The notes below the pieces were generated by a model. That model saw nothing but the letters and a program-made list of their open reading frames with translations. It was not told where the DNA came from and searched no databases. Of a stretch of DNA of 64,000 nucleotides, positions 62,072-64,000 are shown piece by piece. Origin of the DNA: an uncultured archaeon (GTDB lineage Archaea; Asgardarchaeota; Lokiarchaeia; Sigyniarchaeales; SOKP01); contig CAZALK010000001.1 in NCBI GenBank assembly GCA_964486045.1, positions 616,242 to 680,241 of the forward strand, in the 5' to 3' direction. The position numbers and the translations under genes are program-made. Each line of letters opens with the position of its first letter. Within the stretch, counting starts at the first letter, position 1.

Positions 62072-64000
62072 ATGATGAAAATCGCTAAAGAATTCTCTAA
62101 CTTCGATGTATTCGCAATTGTAAAAGAACTAGACGCGATCTTAATAAATGGTTCAATCTCTAATATTTACGAAGTTCAAGATTTGCTTATTTTAAAAATT
62201 AATACTAATTTTGGGAAAAAAAATTTAATTATTAAAAAAGATTCTCGGATTAATTTAACTGAATATGATTATCCTATCCCCGATTTTCCCAACCAGTACA
62301 TCAGGAGTTTAAGAAAGTTACTCAAAAATAGAAGAATACTTAATATCACGCAATATAAATTTGATAGAATAATAGTAATAGAATTAACCAACAGAGAGGG
62401 TGGGTCTGGGAAATTTATTGTTGAGTTGTTTAATAAGGGTAATTTCCTTCTTTTGGATCAAAATAACATTATAATTGTAGCAAAAAAATACCGGAAATAT
62501 AAGGACAGAAGTATTCTGCCTAAGAAGGAGTACCTTTTTCCTAAATCCAATCAAAATGACTTCTTTACTTTAAATAATGAAGATTTTAAAGCCTTTTTTG
62601 AAAATTCTGAAAATGAAATTGTGAGAGAAATATCAAGAAAATTAAAACTATCTGGATTATATAGTGAGGAGTTATGTTTTAGAGCAAATGTAAATAAAAA
62701 AGGCATCGGGAAAAATCTGAATGATGATGATTTCTCTAAATTATATGATTCATTTAAAAAAATAAGAAATGAAATGCTGTTTGGTTTAATTAAAGCCCAT
62801 ATTGTTTTTAATGAACAAGAAGACGAAATAGCTGTGTTACCATTCGAAATCGAGATTTTTAAAGATTACAAAAGGAAAGAATTTTCTTCTTTTAATGAAG
62901 CTGTTGATGAATTTTATTCAAAAATCGATTATGAATCAGTAAAAAGTCCAAAAGATAGAAAAATTGAACAGATGATTAAAAATCAACAAAAAATATTAAT
63001 AAATCAACAAGAATATCTTGAAGAACTTAAATTAAAAAAAAAAAAATCTTATGAATTAGGAGATTTTTTCTCTATGAATTTCAATAAATTTGAAAAGTTA
63101 ATTTCAGTGATATTAGGCGCGAGAAAAAAAGGATACTCGTGGAAAGAAATAAATTTTAAATTGATAAAAGCAAAGGATGAAAAGTTGAATGGTGCAGAAT
63201 TTTTTAATAAAGTCAATCCCTCTACGAACCAACTCTTAGTCAAAATAAAAAAAGATGATGTCTATCTAGATTTAAGAAAATCTATTGGTGAAAACACAAA
63301 TTTAATATATTCTAAAGGAAAAAAAGCTGAAAAGAAAATAAAAGGAACAATTTCAGCTATAAAGAAAACCGAGGACAAGGTCACCAATCTGAAACTCGAA
63401 AAGGAATCACTGGAAATGGGTATTGATTTCCTTGTTAAAAAGCCAAAGAAAAAATGGTATGAAAAATTCAGATGGTTTAACTCATCAGACGGGTTCCTTA
63501 TTATAGGGGGGAGAGATGCTGCTTCTAATGAAATAGTTTTCAAGAAATATTTGGATCCCTATGATTTAGTCTTCCATACTAACTTCCCTGGTTCACCCCT
63601 AGTAATTATTAAGAATTCCGAAGATAAAGAAATTCCACCAAATACTATTGAAGAAACATCAGAATTTGTTGCGAGTTTCTCCCGAGCTTGGAAAGAAAAT
63701 TGGGGTGTGGTTGATACTTTTTATGTAAATAGCAACCAGATTACGAGATCGCCACCCACGGGAGAATATTTGCAAAAAGGTTCATTTATTATTTCAGGGA
63801 AAAAGAATTTTATAAAGAATGTCAAAACTGAAATAACAATTGGTTTGGTTTTTGTTGAATTAGAAATGAGTTCAGATAGCCAAAATAAAGGTTATTTTCC
63901 AAAAGTTATTTCTGGGCCAGAAACGGCAATTAAAAAGTATACTAATAAAACTATTACAATAATACCAACCAAATCAAAAAGTTTTACAAAAGGAAAATTA
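62072..64000 (+). CDS. rqcH: Ribosome quality-control factor RqcH/NEMF (NFACT), partial
   Basis: Not in track (no stop in window). MMKIAKEFSNFDVFAIVKEL...FDRII...ELFNKGN...KKWYEKFRWFNSSDGFLIIGGRDAASNE. Confidence 0.92.
   Translation, partial: MMKIAKEFSNFDVFAIVKELDAILINGSISNIYEVQDLLILKINTNFGKKNLIIKKDSRINLTEYDYPIPDFPNQYIRSLRKLLKNRRILNITQYKFDRIIVIELTNREGGSGKFIVELFNKGNFLLLDQNNIIIVAKKYRKYKDRSILPKKEYLFPKSNQNDFFTLNNEDFKAFFENSENEIVREISRKLKLSGLYSEELCFRANVNKKGIGKNLNDDDFSKLYDSFKKIRNEMLFGLIKAHIVFNEQEDEIAVLPFEIEIFKDYKRKEFSSFNEAVDEFYSKIDYESVKSPKDRKIEQMIKNQQKILINQQEYLEELKLKKKKSYELGDFFSMNFNKFEKLISVILGARKKGYSWKEINFKLIKAKDEKLNGAEFFNKVNPSTNQLLVKIKKDDVYLDLRKSIGENTNLIYSKGKKAEKKIKGTISAIKKTEDKVTNLKLEKESLEMGIDFLVKKPKKKWYEKFRWFNSSDGFLIIGGRDAASNEIVFKKYLDPYDLVFHTNFPGSPLVIIKNSEDKEIPPNTIEETSEFVASFSRAWKENWGVVDTFYVNSNQITRSPPTGEYLQKGSFIISGKKNFIKNVKTEITIGLVFVELEMSSDSQNKGYFPKVISGPETAIKKYTNKTITIIPTKSKSFTKGKL

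Noticed and set aside
63034-63046. A13 run (poly-Lys) inside rqcH as an autoregulatory stall site
   Set aside because: The frame is intact and long A runs are common throughout this AT-rich window.

Overview
AT-rich archaeal chromosome segment, most consistent with Asgard archaea (Lokiarchaeia-like). The call rests on an archaeal 16S rRNA, thermosome, two TFBs, Cdc6, TgtA and ABCE1, together with several roadblock proteins, MglA-like small GTPases and EMC6- and DENN-like proteins. The backbone is mostly housekeeping: rpl3-rpl4-rpl23, rps17e, tRNA-modification genes, a 16S-tRNA-Ala unit with no 23S, and six tRNAs, four of which carry five non-canonical BHB introns. Two signals missed by the ORF track stand out. 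(1) A cassette present twice (1-2601 and 44777-51130): a ~1200-aa multi-Lrp/AsnC-like protein transcribed divergently from tandem tiny peptide genes (three paralogous 37-aa basic/hydrophobic peptides ending in a Gly-rich ...G-x-P tail; degenerate or minimal copies at the second locus). It continues with an optional MFS transporter and a Zn-ribbon gene with a conserved upstream element, and ends next to a tRNA 3' end. It is a candidate archaeal peptide-signalling system. (2) A 24-codon Trp-rich leader ORF (WCWQWPW) with a hairpin and pyrimidine tract directly upstream of trpB2, a candidate ribosome-mediated attenuator in an archaeon. Also present: a Fic islet at tRNA-Ile with an att-like repeat and internal inverted repeats, a dispersed Flp/Tad-like pilus set, and a roadblock/DENN-like/GTPase operon. 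Several single-base frameshifts in A/T runs may be assembly errors. All product calls come from motif recognition by eye, not database searches.
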